DNA of 33,795 bases from a virus. Lineage: Duplodnaviria; Caudoviricetes. The stretch spans positions 1 to 33,795 of the IMG/VR virus record IMGVR_UViG_3300037140_000274; one strand, 5' to 3'. This document shows, piece after piece, positions 7,538 through 15,817 of this stretch; position 1 is the first letter of the stretch, and each line of letters begins with the position of its first letter. The notes below the pieces were generated by a model. The model worked only from the letters and a program-made list of their open reading frames with translations, made no database searches and was not told the DNA's origin. Made by a program: the position numbers and the translations under genes.

Positions 7538-10500
7538 TTAGTGAATCGCGCCGGCGTCCTTGAGCGACTGCATATAGGTCGACCAGGCATCCTGAAGGCT
7601 AGCGTCGCGGTCGGGATCATCCGGATTCCCAACGTACTGCCCATACGCTTTCAGATACGTGCGCTTGGCCTTGCTGAGATCCCGGCGCATGTCTTCCGGG
7701 ATGGCCTCCGACGTGCTCCCGAGGCCAGCGGCGTTTAGGATCGCCGCGGCGACGTCGTGCGAACTGATTCCCTTCCGGGCAGCGTCCTCGACGGCAAAGC
7801 CAAGGAGCGGCACCGGGATGAAATGGCTGGCGAGGTATGTCGCGACCTGATGGTCCCGTACGTCCGGCGGCGCCTTCGGGTTCCAGATCGCGTGGAAGTC
7901 CGACTCCGGGCCTTTGAGGTCGCTGGTCGCCGCGTAGGCGCCGGTCGTGATGAGGTCGATCGCCGACCGCGTGAACGGGTTGGCGCGGCCGCCGAGGAAC
8001 GATTCACCCTCGTAATAGACCTCGCCAGGATCGCCCTTGATCGCGCCCATCGCCGCGTTCGCCAGTTTGGAGAGATCGCGGCTGACGTCGGGCGGCGTGA
8101 AATACTGCTCGCCGCCAGCATCGTCTTTGCCGATCGCGATGCGCTCGTCGGGCGGCGCGTACAGCCCTTGCTGCCCCGGGTCTTCCTGCGATGTGTTGTA
8201 GTTGCGAATCGCGTGCACGGGCGCGGTCTTGTACTGCGGCTTACGGACGAGCGCGTTGACCCAGAACTTCGTGTTGCCTTTCAGGAACGGCATGAACATG
8301 AAGATCGCGCCCCATGCCGACTTCGGGTCCATATCGTAGTAATCGACCAGCGCTTGGCGTGTGACCGCTGCGGCCTCGGTGTCGGACATCTTGCCCTTCT
8401 GGACCGCGTCGCGGAATAGCGATACCGCAAACGCCTCCTCGCCCTTGCTGCCGAACGTGCGCGCGAAGTTCGTGTCCATCGACTTCGTGGCGGTTTTGTC
8501 GAGCCGCTTGGCCCAAGTCGCGTACCACGGCTCGTACTCGGACCATGCCTTGTCGGTAATCGGTTCGGTCATCGCGCGCGCGCGCTCGGCGCCGAACATC
8601 GTCTTGCGCGACTTCCCGAATTCCTGGACCGCACCGTTCTTGAGCGCACGATCGAGCCACGACGCGTACTCTTGAGCGCCGCCGACGAACTGTTCCGGCT
8701 TGACGAGCCCCAGCTGCAGCGCGACCGCCTTGGCGGCATTGTAGATATAGCCCATTTTCTCGGGCGTCGCGCCGCCGAGGTTCTTCAGCCCGCGCTGCGC
8801 GACGTCGTTGCCGGCGACGTTGACCGCCGGATGGTAGAAGAAGTTCGTGAAGATCGCCGCGCGCGTGAGGCCGATGAGGCGCTGGCCCCACGTCGTTTCC
8901 TCGCCCGGTAAGAACGAGCCGCCCTGGTCGACGTATTTCGAGAACTGGCCGTCCTTTTGCATGAACTTCCAGAGTTCGGGCGCGATCATCGAGCGCTGCA
9001 TGATCGGCGAGCGCGTGTTCTGCAACGCGTTCTTGGCCGCGACGTATTCGGTCTGCTCCTTGAGATTCAGTCGCAGCGGATGTCCGGGCGGATAGTGCGC
9101 ATTGTTTTCCGCGACGATGCGGTCGACCGTTTCGTGCGGCTGCTCGGTCGCGCTGCGCGCAAACGGCTTACCCATTCCACGGCCGGCCGGTGTCGTGTAG
9201 TCTTCCGGCTTGATGTCGCGGCGCAGCGACTCCGGCGCGCGCGCGAGCGCATCGTCGAACGCAACGCCCTGCATCCGCTGCCGCCGCCAGTTCAGATAGT
9301 TCTCGGGGGCGGATGCCTTCGGGTCCCACGACGCGGCCGCGCGCGATTCGTCGACGTTCTTGAACGCCTTCGCCTGCGACGTGCTACCGCCGGGTGGCCC
9401 CGCGCCCTTGAGTTCTTCCGCGAGTTCGAACTGCGGGCCGAAGTCGTGAGTCTGCGACATCGGAAAGTACGTCTCGCGATTGAAGATGTCGCCCTTCGAC
9501 GCGTCGAGCCGACCAGTGCGTTCTTGCTCGGCCGTCACGTGCTTGATGTCTTCGCGCAGCGCTTTCGCGCGCTTCGAGAGATCGACGTATCGGCTGAAGA
9601 ATCGGGGGTCGGGTTTGAGCCCTTGTGAGAGGCGTACGGTCTCCCATGACTCGTCCGGTGTCAGATCGCCGAAGAACTTCATCATGTGCTCGTCCGCGAT
9701 CGGCTCCTCGCGCTTAACGGTCGAGATCATCCCCTCGAGCCACTGCTTGCCCTCGACGCCGCTACGCTGGAAGACTTCATGGAACGGTGACCCGAGCCCG
9801 GCGGCCTTGGCCACGTTGTTCGCGACGTCGAGCGTGCGCGCGGACTTCGTTGCGGCCGAGGCTACCGCGCCGGCGGCGCCGCCTTCGGCCATCGCCATCG
9901 GGTTGCCGGTGATTTCATAGAACAGCGTCTCGAACGCGGCCGTTTTCGGGTGCTCGACCTCGAACTGCGCCGCGCGTCCGGTCTCCGAGTTCGGGTATTT
10001 CTTGGCGAGATACTGAGCGACGGCGGGCGAGCCCATCCCGTACTGGTCCATCGCCTGCGCGGGGTCTTTGAGATACGCCTTCCATGCTGCCGCGACGTTC
10101 GTTTTCGGGTCGCGCGCGAGATCGATCAGGCCCTTCACCTGGGCGCGCTTGTCGCCTTTCATCGCGCGCGCGAACGCGTCTGGCCCGTTGTCCATCGTCG
10201 ACGCGTTCATCAGGATGTTCAGTAGGTCTTGATGGCCGGCGAGTTCGTTGAGGCTTGAGTGCGCCATCGCATCGGTGCCAGGGATCTGCGGAATGCGCGA
10301 CTGTCCGGGATCACCAGGCGTATCCATCGGGTTCGTAGCCGCTGCAAGCCGCGCGCCGACATCGGCGGGGTACGCGCCGCCAGCCGTCGCCCCCGGTGGA
10401 AGCGGAGGACTGCCCCCGCGAGGCGCGGGTAAATGCGCGGCCGCGCCGGTTGGGAGCGGCGGCAACGTCGGGATGGCCAGGCCAGCGCGCATCTTGTCGA

Positions 10501-11107
10501 CGTAATCGCGCGTCTCTTTCGGCAGCGACTCGATCGGGTCGGCCATCCGGCCAGGTCCGGCGTTGTAGCCGATCGCGGCCTTGACCGGATCGCCCCCAGC
10601 CCGCTTGAGAACATCGGCCAGGATCGTCATCCCGACATGCACGTTGTACGCAGGGTCGTCGAGCCGTGAGGGATCGAACCCGTACTCTTTCGCCGTGTCC
10701 GGCATGACTTGCATGATCCCGCGCGCGCCAGCCGTCGACACAGCGGCGTTGCGGCCGCCAGACGATTCGATGCCGGAGATGATGCGCCCGAGGCGATCGA
10801 GCGCGAAGTCGCCGCCGCTGTACTTCGTGATCAGGTCGGAGACGATCGGGGTCGGCTGCGGTGGCGCGGGTGTGGCCTTGAGCGCTGGCGAGGTGCCGGG
10901 GTTAGCGCCTGGCGGAAGCGGCGGCAACGCGCCGGCCGGCAACGGCGGAAGACTCGATTGCGGCGGCGCTGATGGCCCAGGAGCGACGGGAACGGGCGGC
11001 GTGGTGTATCCGCCCGTGGCGGTGCCCGGCTGCGCGCCAGCGGGAAGGGGCGGAAGCGTTGCGCTACCGGCAGTCGCTCCTGCGGGAAGCGGCGGAGCCC
11101 CGGCCAT
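7538..11107 (-). CDS. Large internal virion/ejection protein with soluble lytic transglycosylase (SLT) domain
   Basis: IESSGG...AVSTAGARGIMQVMPDTA...AAIGYNAGPG...PKETRDYV; last large gene of the structural operon, as in podoviruses. Confidence 0.85.
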   Translation of the reverse strand: MAGAPPLPAGATAGSATLPPLPAGAQPGTATGGYTTPPVPVAPGPSAPPQSSLPPLPAGALPPLPPGANPGTSPALKATPAPPQPTPIVSDLITKYSGGDFALDRLGRIISGIESSGGRNAAVSTAGARGIMQVMPDTAKEYGFDPSRLDDPAYNVHVGMTILADVLKRAGGDPVKAAIGYNAGPGRMADPIESLPKETRDYVDKMRAGLAIPTLPPLPTGAAAHLPAPRGGSPPLPPGATAGGAYPADVGARLAAATNPMDTPGDPGQSRIPQIPGTDAMAHSSLNELAGHQDLLNILMNASTMDNGPDAFARAMKGDKRAQVKGLIDLARDPKTNVAAAWKAYLKDPAQAMDQYGMGSPAVAQYLAKKYPNSETGRAAQFEVEHPKTAAFETLFYEITGNPMAMAEGGAAGAVASAATKSARTLDVANNVAKAAGLGSPFHEVFQRSGVEGKQWLEGMISTVKREEPIADEHMMKFFGDLTPDESWETVRLSQGLKPDPRFFSRYVDLSKRAKALREDIKHVTAEQERTGRLDASKGDIFNRETYFPMSQTHDFGPQFELAEELKGAGPPGGSTSQAKAFKNVDESRAAASWDPKASAPENYLNWRRQRMQGVAFDDALARAPESLRRDIKPEDYTTPAGRGMGKPFARSATEQPHETVDRIVAENNAHYPPGHPLRLNLKEQTEYVAAKNALQNTRSPIMQRSMIAPELWKFMQKDGQFSKYVDQGGSFLPGEETTWGQRLIGLTRAAIFTNFFYHPAVNVAGNDVAQRGLKNLGGATPEKMGYIYNAAKAVALQLGLVKPEQFVGGAQEYASWLDRALKNGAVQEFGKSRKTMFGAERARAMTEPITDKAWSEYEPWYATWAKRLDKTATKSMDTNFARTFGSKGEEAFAVSLFRDAVQKGKMSDTEAAAVTRQALVDYYDMDPKSAWGAIFMFMPFLKGNTKFWVNALVRKPQYKTAPVHAIRNYNTSQEDPGQQGLYAPPDERIAIGKDDAGGEQYFTPPDVSRDLSKLANAAMGAIKGDPGEVYYEGESFLGGRANPFTRSAIDLITTGAYAATSDLKGPESDFHAIWNPKAPPDVRDHQVATYLASHFIPVPLLGFAVEDAARKGISSHDVAAAILNAAGLGSTSEAIPEDMRRDLSKAKRTYLKAYGQYVGNPDDPDRDASLQDAWSTYMQSLKDAGAIH

Positions 11108-12447
11108 TACTTACCAGCCGGTACAGGTGAACCGTCGTAAAATTCCCAGCCCGTGTTCTGGGCATTTGGCCGAATCGGTCGGCCGTTCAAGGTCGGACCG
11201 CCGGCCGGCGGGTCTTTTTGCTGAACATTCGCGCCTGTGATCTGCGAGTACGTGCGCGCGATGCTTTGCGACGCGTCGTACTGTTCGGCACGCAGCATCG
11301 GCCCCTGGGTCTGGATGAACTGGTTGAGCGACGCGGCCTGGTCGACAAGCGACTGATAGAGTGGCGAGTTCCGCAGCTTCGCGTTCTGCGACATCGAATT
11401 GATTTGCGCGGTGACGCCGTCGAGCGACTTCTGCGCGCCGTCGAGTTCGCCCGACGAGCCGGTCAGCATCGCCTTGTAGATGCGGAAGTCGTCCTGAACG
11501 CCGGTGCGCTGGAACCGCTGTTTGGCGAGGTCGACCGACTGCAGGTAGGCGTTCAGCCGGGTTTGCGATTGGTCGAGCCGAGTCTGCGCGCGCTGCGCGT
11601 TCGCCATCGCGATGCGCTCTTTGCCCTGGAGGTCCGCATACTTGAACGTCAGCGTGCGATCGAACTGCGACTTGAGGTCCTTCTCGCGGTCGGTTTTGTA
11701 CTCGTCTTCGTTCGCGAGGTGAATGCCGAGCGAGTGAATCTTGTCGATCTCGGCCTGATATTCTTCGCCGACGTGCCGGTCCTTAAACGCGTCGCTGAGG
11801 CCAGTCCCATCCGCGTTGAGATATTCGTTCAGCGAGTCGGCTTCGGCGAAGTTTCCGGCGGCCTTCAGCCGATCTTGGGTCTGTTTGACGTCCTGAAGAA
11901 ACATCGCTGGCTGGTAGCCGCTCTTGGCATCGGACAGCATCTTCTCTTTGGCCGCGAGTCCCGTGAAGACTTGGTTCAGCCCGACCGGTGTCATTGGCGT
12001 ACGAACCTGTTCGGTCTTCAACCAGTCCGGCGCGTCGGGTGGCAACACGCGCTGTTCGGGCGGCGACGCCATCGCCTTGTCGACGTCTTCTTGCGTCCAC
12101 GCGGAGAACGGCTTTTGGGGATTCAGAATGCCGGACAGCGTCTTCGGATCCCAGTTGCCGTCTTGACCCGGCGAGAAGCCTCGGCGCTGCAAAATCGGCC
12201 CGAGTATGGCCTTCATGGCCGGAGTGTTCGCAAGCGCCGGGTTCGCGGCGAGCGCGGGGGCGATCCGGGAAAGATGAAGATCGTCTTGCTGGGCTCCAGC
12301 CTGATCGGTGGCGGCCTTTGCCGCAGCGACTTTTTCTGCGTTCTCGGCGACGTTGACCGGTGCATCTTGAGCGGCCTGAGCGAGTTCGCCCCCGATGTTT
12401 ACGGGCGCGACAGTCGGGACGGCAACGGGCGTGAATCCAGGGCTCAT
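11107..12447 (-). CDS. Putative internal virion/DNA ejection protein
   Basis: Start MSPGFTPV at 12447 overlaps the upstream TGA; Gln/Ala-rich helical sequence; sits before the SLT protein. Confidence 0.65.
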   Translation of the reverse strand: MSPGFTPVAVPTVAPVNIGGELAQAAQDAPVNVAENAEKVAAAKAATDQAGAQQDDLHLSRIAPALAANPALANTPAMKAILGPILQRRGFSPGQDGNWDPKTLSGILNPQKPFSAWTQEDVDKAMASPPEQRVLPPDAPDWLKTEQVRTPMTPVGLNQVFTGLAAKEKMLSDAKSGYQPAMFLQDVKQTQDRLKAAGNFAEADSLNEYLNADGTGLSDAFKDRHVGEEYQAEIDKIHSLGIHLANEDEYKTDREKDLKSQFDRTLTFKYADLQGKERIAMANAQRAQTRLDQSQTRLNAYLQSVDLAKQRFQRTGVQDDFRIYKAMLTGSSGELDGAQKSLDGVTAQINSMSQNAKLRNSPLYQSLVDQAASLNQFIQTQGPMLRAEQYDASQSIARTYSQITGANVQQKDPPAGGPTLNGRPIRPNAQNTGWEFYDGSPVPAGK

Positions 12448-13826
12448 TCGGTAAGTCCTCCGGGCAGATCGTCGATGCCAGCCTCGACACAGGCTTTCGC
12501 GTCTTCGATGATCGCCTCGTCTACCCCGGTCGCCCAGTAGGCAAGGCCCGGCACGCGCAAGCCCTCTTTCGGCCATTCCATCGCTTCATCGGCGAGTTCC
12601 GACGCGACGTCGCCCACAGCGCACGACAGCCCGACGAGCCCCTCGGGGGCCGCGACCGCGAGGCCTTCGTCGGCCGGGTACATGAGTTCGTAACCGAAGA
12701 ACGGCGGCTCCCACAAATTCCCGACGTCGCCCCGTACGTAAACGCCGACCGCGGACCCTTCGTCCTCGCGATCGATGTGCTCGAAGGGTGCGGGCGGGAC
12801 CGTTAGGCGCACGGTCACCGCGAATCGATCGCGCGCCGGAGCGGAATCTTCGCCTTGGCCGGTGGCGACGTACCATAGCCAGCGCGAATAGTCGTCGTAT
12901 AATAGCGTCGCGGCCGGTTCGCTATCGTACCCGAAACGGCCGCACCACTCGAGGAAGTACGCCTGCCCATCTTTTAGGATCGCGTTGATATCGTAGACGC
13001 CGGGCACCGCGTACTTCTTCACAAAAATGTCCGTCAGCCGATCCCAGTTCAACATTTTTGCGATGGTTGGCTCGTCGTCTTCATACAGCCCGACTGCGTT
13101 CCATGCACAGCCTGTGGATGGACCGACGTCGCCAGGCATGAACTTCTTGTGCTCGATGTCCCACTGATACGGACCGACCCACGCGCGGCCGTTCCACCAG
13201 CGCTGAGTCGATAGCGCGAACCCCGGCAAGCAGTCCTCAAGGAGACATGCGCCGTTGTGGCCGCGGCGTTTCACCAGACGCAGGTAGTCGACGAGGTCCT
13301 CGGCATCGACGCACTTGTGGGTGGAGTCGCCGTCGATGTACGTGTCGGTCTTCCAGTAGACTTCGCGATCGAGATCGCCGCTGCGCGCGTACGCGATGCA
13401 CGCATCGACCGATTCGAACTGCTGGGTGGCCGGAGACTCGATCCCGGCTTGCTCGGCGATCTCGCGCCCGAACGCGCGGTCCATCTCGAGCCGGTCGGAG
13501 AATTCGGACGCACCGATGACGTGGACGCCCGCCGCGCGCGCATCGTCGGCCAGCGCGCCGAGGCCCTCTTTCGTCGATGCGGTCGAGTCGAACAGCATGA
13601 TCGTCGGCTCGCCGGCGCGGCTGCCTTCCTTCGCGTACTCAAGCAATTCGTACCACGAATTCGTCAGCGGGACGAGGCCCTCGCCGACGTGCTTTTGGTT
13701 GGGAATGACGCGCGGCGAGCCTTTGTGGAGTTCGCCGCGCCAAACCTTGATATCCGCCCCCTCGTCCTGTAGCCGACGCCAGAGACCGACTGCGGTGCAG
13801 AACTCGCTGGCGATCGCGATGCGCAT
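12444..13826 (-). CDS. PurD (GAR synthetase)-like ATP-grasp ligase, divergent
   Basis: RLEMDRAFGREIAEQAGI (cf. PurD LEGSKAFAK), EHKKFMPGDVGPSTG (cf. DHKR..DGD.GPNTGGMG) and FLEWCGRFGYDSE (cf. EFNCRFGDPE). Confidence 0.85.
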   Translation of the reverse strand: MRIAIASEFCTAVGLWRRLQDEGADIKVWRGELHKGSPRVIPNQKHVGEGLVPLTNSWYELLEYAKEGSRAGEPTIMLFDSTASTKEGLGALADDARAAGVHVIGASEFSDRLEMDRAFGREIAEQAGIESPATQQFESVDACIAYARSGDLDREVYWKTDTYIDGDSTHKCVDAEDLVDYLRLVKRRGHNGACLLEDCLPGFALSTQRWWNGRAWVGPYQWDIEHKKFMPGDVGPSTGCAWNAVGLYEDDEPTIAKMLNWDRLTDIFVKKYAVPGVYDINAILKDGQAYFLEWCGRFGYDSEPAATLLYDDYSRWLWYVATGQGEDSAPARDRFAVTVRLTVPPAPFEHIDREDEGSAVGVYVRGDVGNLWEPPFFGYELMYPADEGLAVAAPEGLVGLSCAVGDVASELADEAMEWPKEGLRVPGLAYWATGVDEAIIEDAKACVEAGIDDLPGGLTE

Positions 13827-13829
13827 GCG

Positions 13830-14546
13830 CTAGACGGAAGTCAGGGTAGGCGTCGACGACGTGTTGGGCGTCGGAATGTCGGGCGCGAATCCGGGCGGTC
13901 CCGACGGCTGGTCGAGGGCGCCGGTTCCACCGGGGATCGTCGGCACGGACACGCCCGTTCCGCCGGCCGGCGTCGCGCCAGGGGACGCGGGAGGGCTCAA
14001 GCCTTTGATCCCCGTCAACACCCCGCCAAGGCCGCTAGCCAAGCCGGCACCCGCCGCCGTACCGCTAAGACCGTCGTTGCGCGCCGCGAGCCCGTACGAG
14101 TTCCCGACGCCGCTGTAGATGTTCGCGGCAGCCTGGGCATTCTGCGTGTTGGCACTAAGAGCCGCGTTTAATGCCTGGCTGATGGAATCGCCAAACAGCG
14201 ACTTTGCAAGCGCGCCGATATTGGGCACGCCGCCGGCACTCGACAGGAACGAATTGACTCCGCCCTTCTGCGCATCGAGGATCGGCTGAAGCGAGACCGG
14301 CTGCGCCAGTTGGTTGGCCTCTGCCGTTGCCGCCGCTTCGGAAGATGCCTGATTGGCTTGATTCGCCTTCGATGCGTTGTTCGCAGCGTTCTGACTCGAA
14401 ATCGTTTCGCCCACGCCGAACAGTGACACCGCCAGCGCGGCGATCGGGATGGCGGCCGGCCCATAGAATTCACGTCCGCGAATGCGGCCGAGGTTTGCCA
14501 GCGAGTCTGGCTCGTCGCGCTCGAGCAGCCAGCGATAGAGGCTCAT
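13830..14546 (-). CDS. Gly/Ala/Gln-rich ejection (pilot) protein, P22 gp7/T7 gp14-like by position and composition
   Basis: Charged leader, a hydrophobic segment, an A/N/Q-rich body and a GxxG-rich C-terminal hydrophobic stretch; first of the ejection block. Confidence 0.6.
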   Translation of the reverse strand: MSLYRWLLERDEPDSLANLGRIRGREFYGPAAIPIAALAVSLFGVGETISSQNAANNASKANQANQASSEAAATAEANQLAQPVSLQPILDAQKGGVNSFLSSAGGVPNIGALAKSLFGDSISQALNAALSANTQNAQAAANIYSGVGNSYGLAARNDGLSGTAAGAGLASGLGGVLTGIKGLSPPASPGATPAGGTGVSVPTIPGGTGALDQPSGPPGFAPDIPTPNTSSTPTLTSV

Positions 14547-14989
14547 TTCGGGACGTCCTTTCGCTTGTGTAAGAAGACCAGGGCGTGCGGCTCGTCGCCG
14601 GTCTCGCGGACGATCGCGTGCCAGTGCTCGCGATTCTCGTAGAGCGCGACGTGCGCAATTTGATCGATGTCTCCGCGGTTGAGCATCTCGCGATAGCTGT
14701 AGAGCATTGAGGCGAACGCAATCTTACCTTCGAGCGTCCCGTCGTAGTACGCGTCGGTTACCTCAAGGCGCTTGCCTTCGAGGTATTCGCCGAACACGGC
14801 GACCGTGGTGCCCTTGTATTTCACGCCACGCCAGGTCGTCGCGCGTTCGTGCGCCTGATCGCGCGGACCCAGCCCAAACTTGTCGCGGAAGGCCATTAGC
14901 ATCGACTCGACCGCCGGGTCATCTGCCGGCAGTTCGAGCGTCTCCATGTCGGCGGACAGCGCCGCGACGCGTTCTTTCGTAGTCGTCAT
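14543..14989 (-). CDS. Hypothetical protein, possibly GNAT-like (T7 gp13/P22 gp14 position)
   Basis: 148 aa alpha/beta pattern immediately upstream of the ejection genes; fold inferred mainly from synteny. Confidence 0.4.
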   Translation of the reverse strand: MTTTKERVAALSADMETLELPADDPAVESMLMAFRDKFGLGPRDQAHERATTWRGVKYKGTTVAVFGEYLEGKRLEVTDAYYDGTLEGKIAFASMLYSYREMLNRGDIDQIAHVALYENREHWHAIVRETGDEPHALVFLHKRKDVPK

Positions 14990-15324
14990 GCAGATGGTGC
15001 TCCTGGCGTCGGTGGCGCGGGGGCTGGGTTCGGCACGCCGGAACGCCCGGCGAGCGATGCGATGATGCTACTGATCATCTTGGCCAATTCGGACCCGCCA
15101 ACGGCGTTACCGCCTTGCTCGGACCGCGCGATGCCTTCGCTCGGCCCCACCAATTGGCCGCGCACGGATCCGTGGTGCGTGCCTTCTGGACCGGCCGACG
15201 CCCCCATGACGCCCATCGCGCCATTCGGGTCCATGACACCGGGCGTAGCGGTCGGGCCGCCCATCGCCGGCTTCGGCTTGGGTTCGAGGGATTGCGTCGC
15301 TGCGGCACCATCGCTCTTATCCAC
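14986..15324 (-). CDS. Gly/Pro-rich hypothetical protein
   Basis: GTG overlapping the upstream TAG (TAGTG) gives VDKSDGAAA...; its stop overlaps the next ATG. Confidence 0.55.
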   Translation of the reverse strand: MDKSDGAAATQSLEPKPKPAMGGPTATPGVMDPNGAMGVMGASAGPEGTHHGSVRGQLVGPSEGIARSEQGGNAVGGSELAKMISSIIASLAGRSGVPNPAPAPPTPGAPSA

Positions 15325-15581
15325 TATTGGCTCGCGTACCGACGCGCGAGTTGGTACTTGGCTAGCTCGCGGCTGATCAATTGCGCCGTGCCCCAATCAC
15401 CCTGCTCGGTCGCGACGTGATACGCGCGGCGCAGGCGATCAGGAAACGGCCCGAGTTGATCAATGCCGTGCGGCTGCGAAAGTACGCGATAGTCTTCCAT
15501 CGCTTGAGCCTGAAGCGCTTCGCTCTTGGCGCGCATCTCGGCTAAGACGTCGGTGGTGTTGGCGCCTATGTTACTTGCCAT
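15324..15581 (-). CDS. Hypothetical protein
   Basis: 85-aa ORF packed in the operon. Confidence 0.6.
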   Translation of the reverse strand: MASNIGANTTDVLAEMRAKSEALQAQAMEDYRVLSQPHGIDQLGPFPDRLRRAYHVATEQGDWGTAQLISRELAKYQLARRYASQ

Positions 15582-15805
15582 GCCGATCCCGTCCAGACGT
15601 AAAGATGACTCGTATCAGTGCGATAAAACGTCTGCCCGGTCACCGGACTCGACGGGAACGCCGTGCCGACGCCGGTCGATGACGACGTGGTTCCGGAGTT
15701 AGTGGACGATTCCGTGCTCGTCGCGATTGATGAACTGCTCGGGAAGAACGATCCGCCTCCCCGGGTGTACTCGACGCCGATAGTTCCTGCCGGTAACCCT
15801 GCCAT
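15566..15805 (-). CDS. Small virion protein with a fibre-type FPSSP..GQ.FYRTDT..LYVW.GSAW motif
   Basis: C-terminal motif commonly seen in tail-fibre domains, preceded by a Ser/Thr linker. Confidence 0.65.
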   Translation of the reverse strand: MAGLPAGTIGVEYTRGGGSFFPSSSSIATSTESSTNSGTTSSSTGVGTAFPSSPVTGQTFYRTDTSHLYVWTGSAWQVT

Positions 15806-15817
15806 GATTCTATTCTA
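15806..15817 (-). promoter_or_regulatory. Putative leaderless -10 (TAGAAT-6 nt-ATG)
   Basis: The minus strand reads TAGAAT AGAATC ATG, with no SD. Confidence 0.4.

Noticed and set aside
7538-11107. Tape measure protein of a long-tailed phage
   Set aside because: There are no tail tube, sheath or tail-chaperone genes, and the gene order (adaptor, spikes, nozzle, ejection proteins) is podovirus-like.
11218-12540. 440-aa + strand ORF
   Set aside because: Antisense shadow of a minus-strand gene, expected from high-GC codon bias; no motifs.
12448-12576. N-terminal extension of the 489-aa ORF
   Set aside because: It overlaps the ATP-grasp C-terminus; the ATGA-coupled start at 12447 is more plausible.
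12444-13826. Bona fide purD auxiliary metabolic gene
   Set aside because: The phosphoribosylamine-binding GGRE loop and the GGMG/EFN motifs are altered, and the context is structural, so no gene symbol was assigned.
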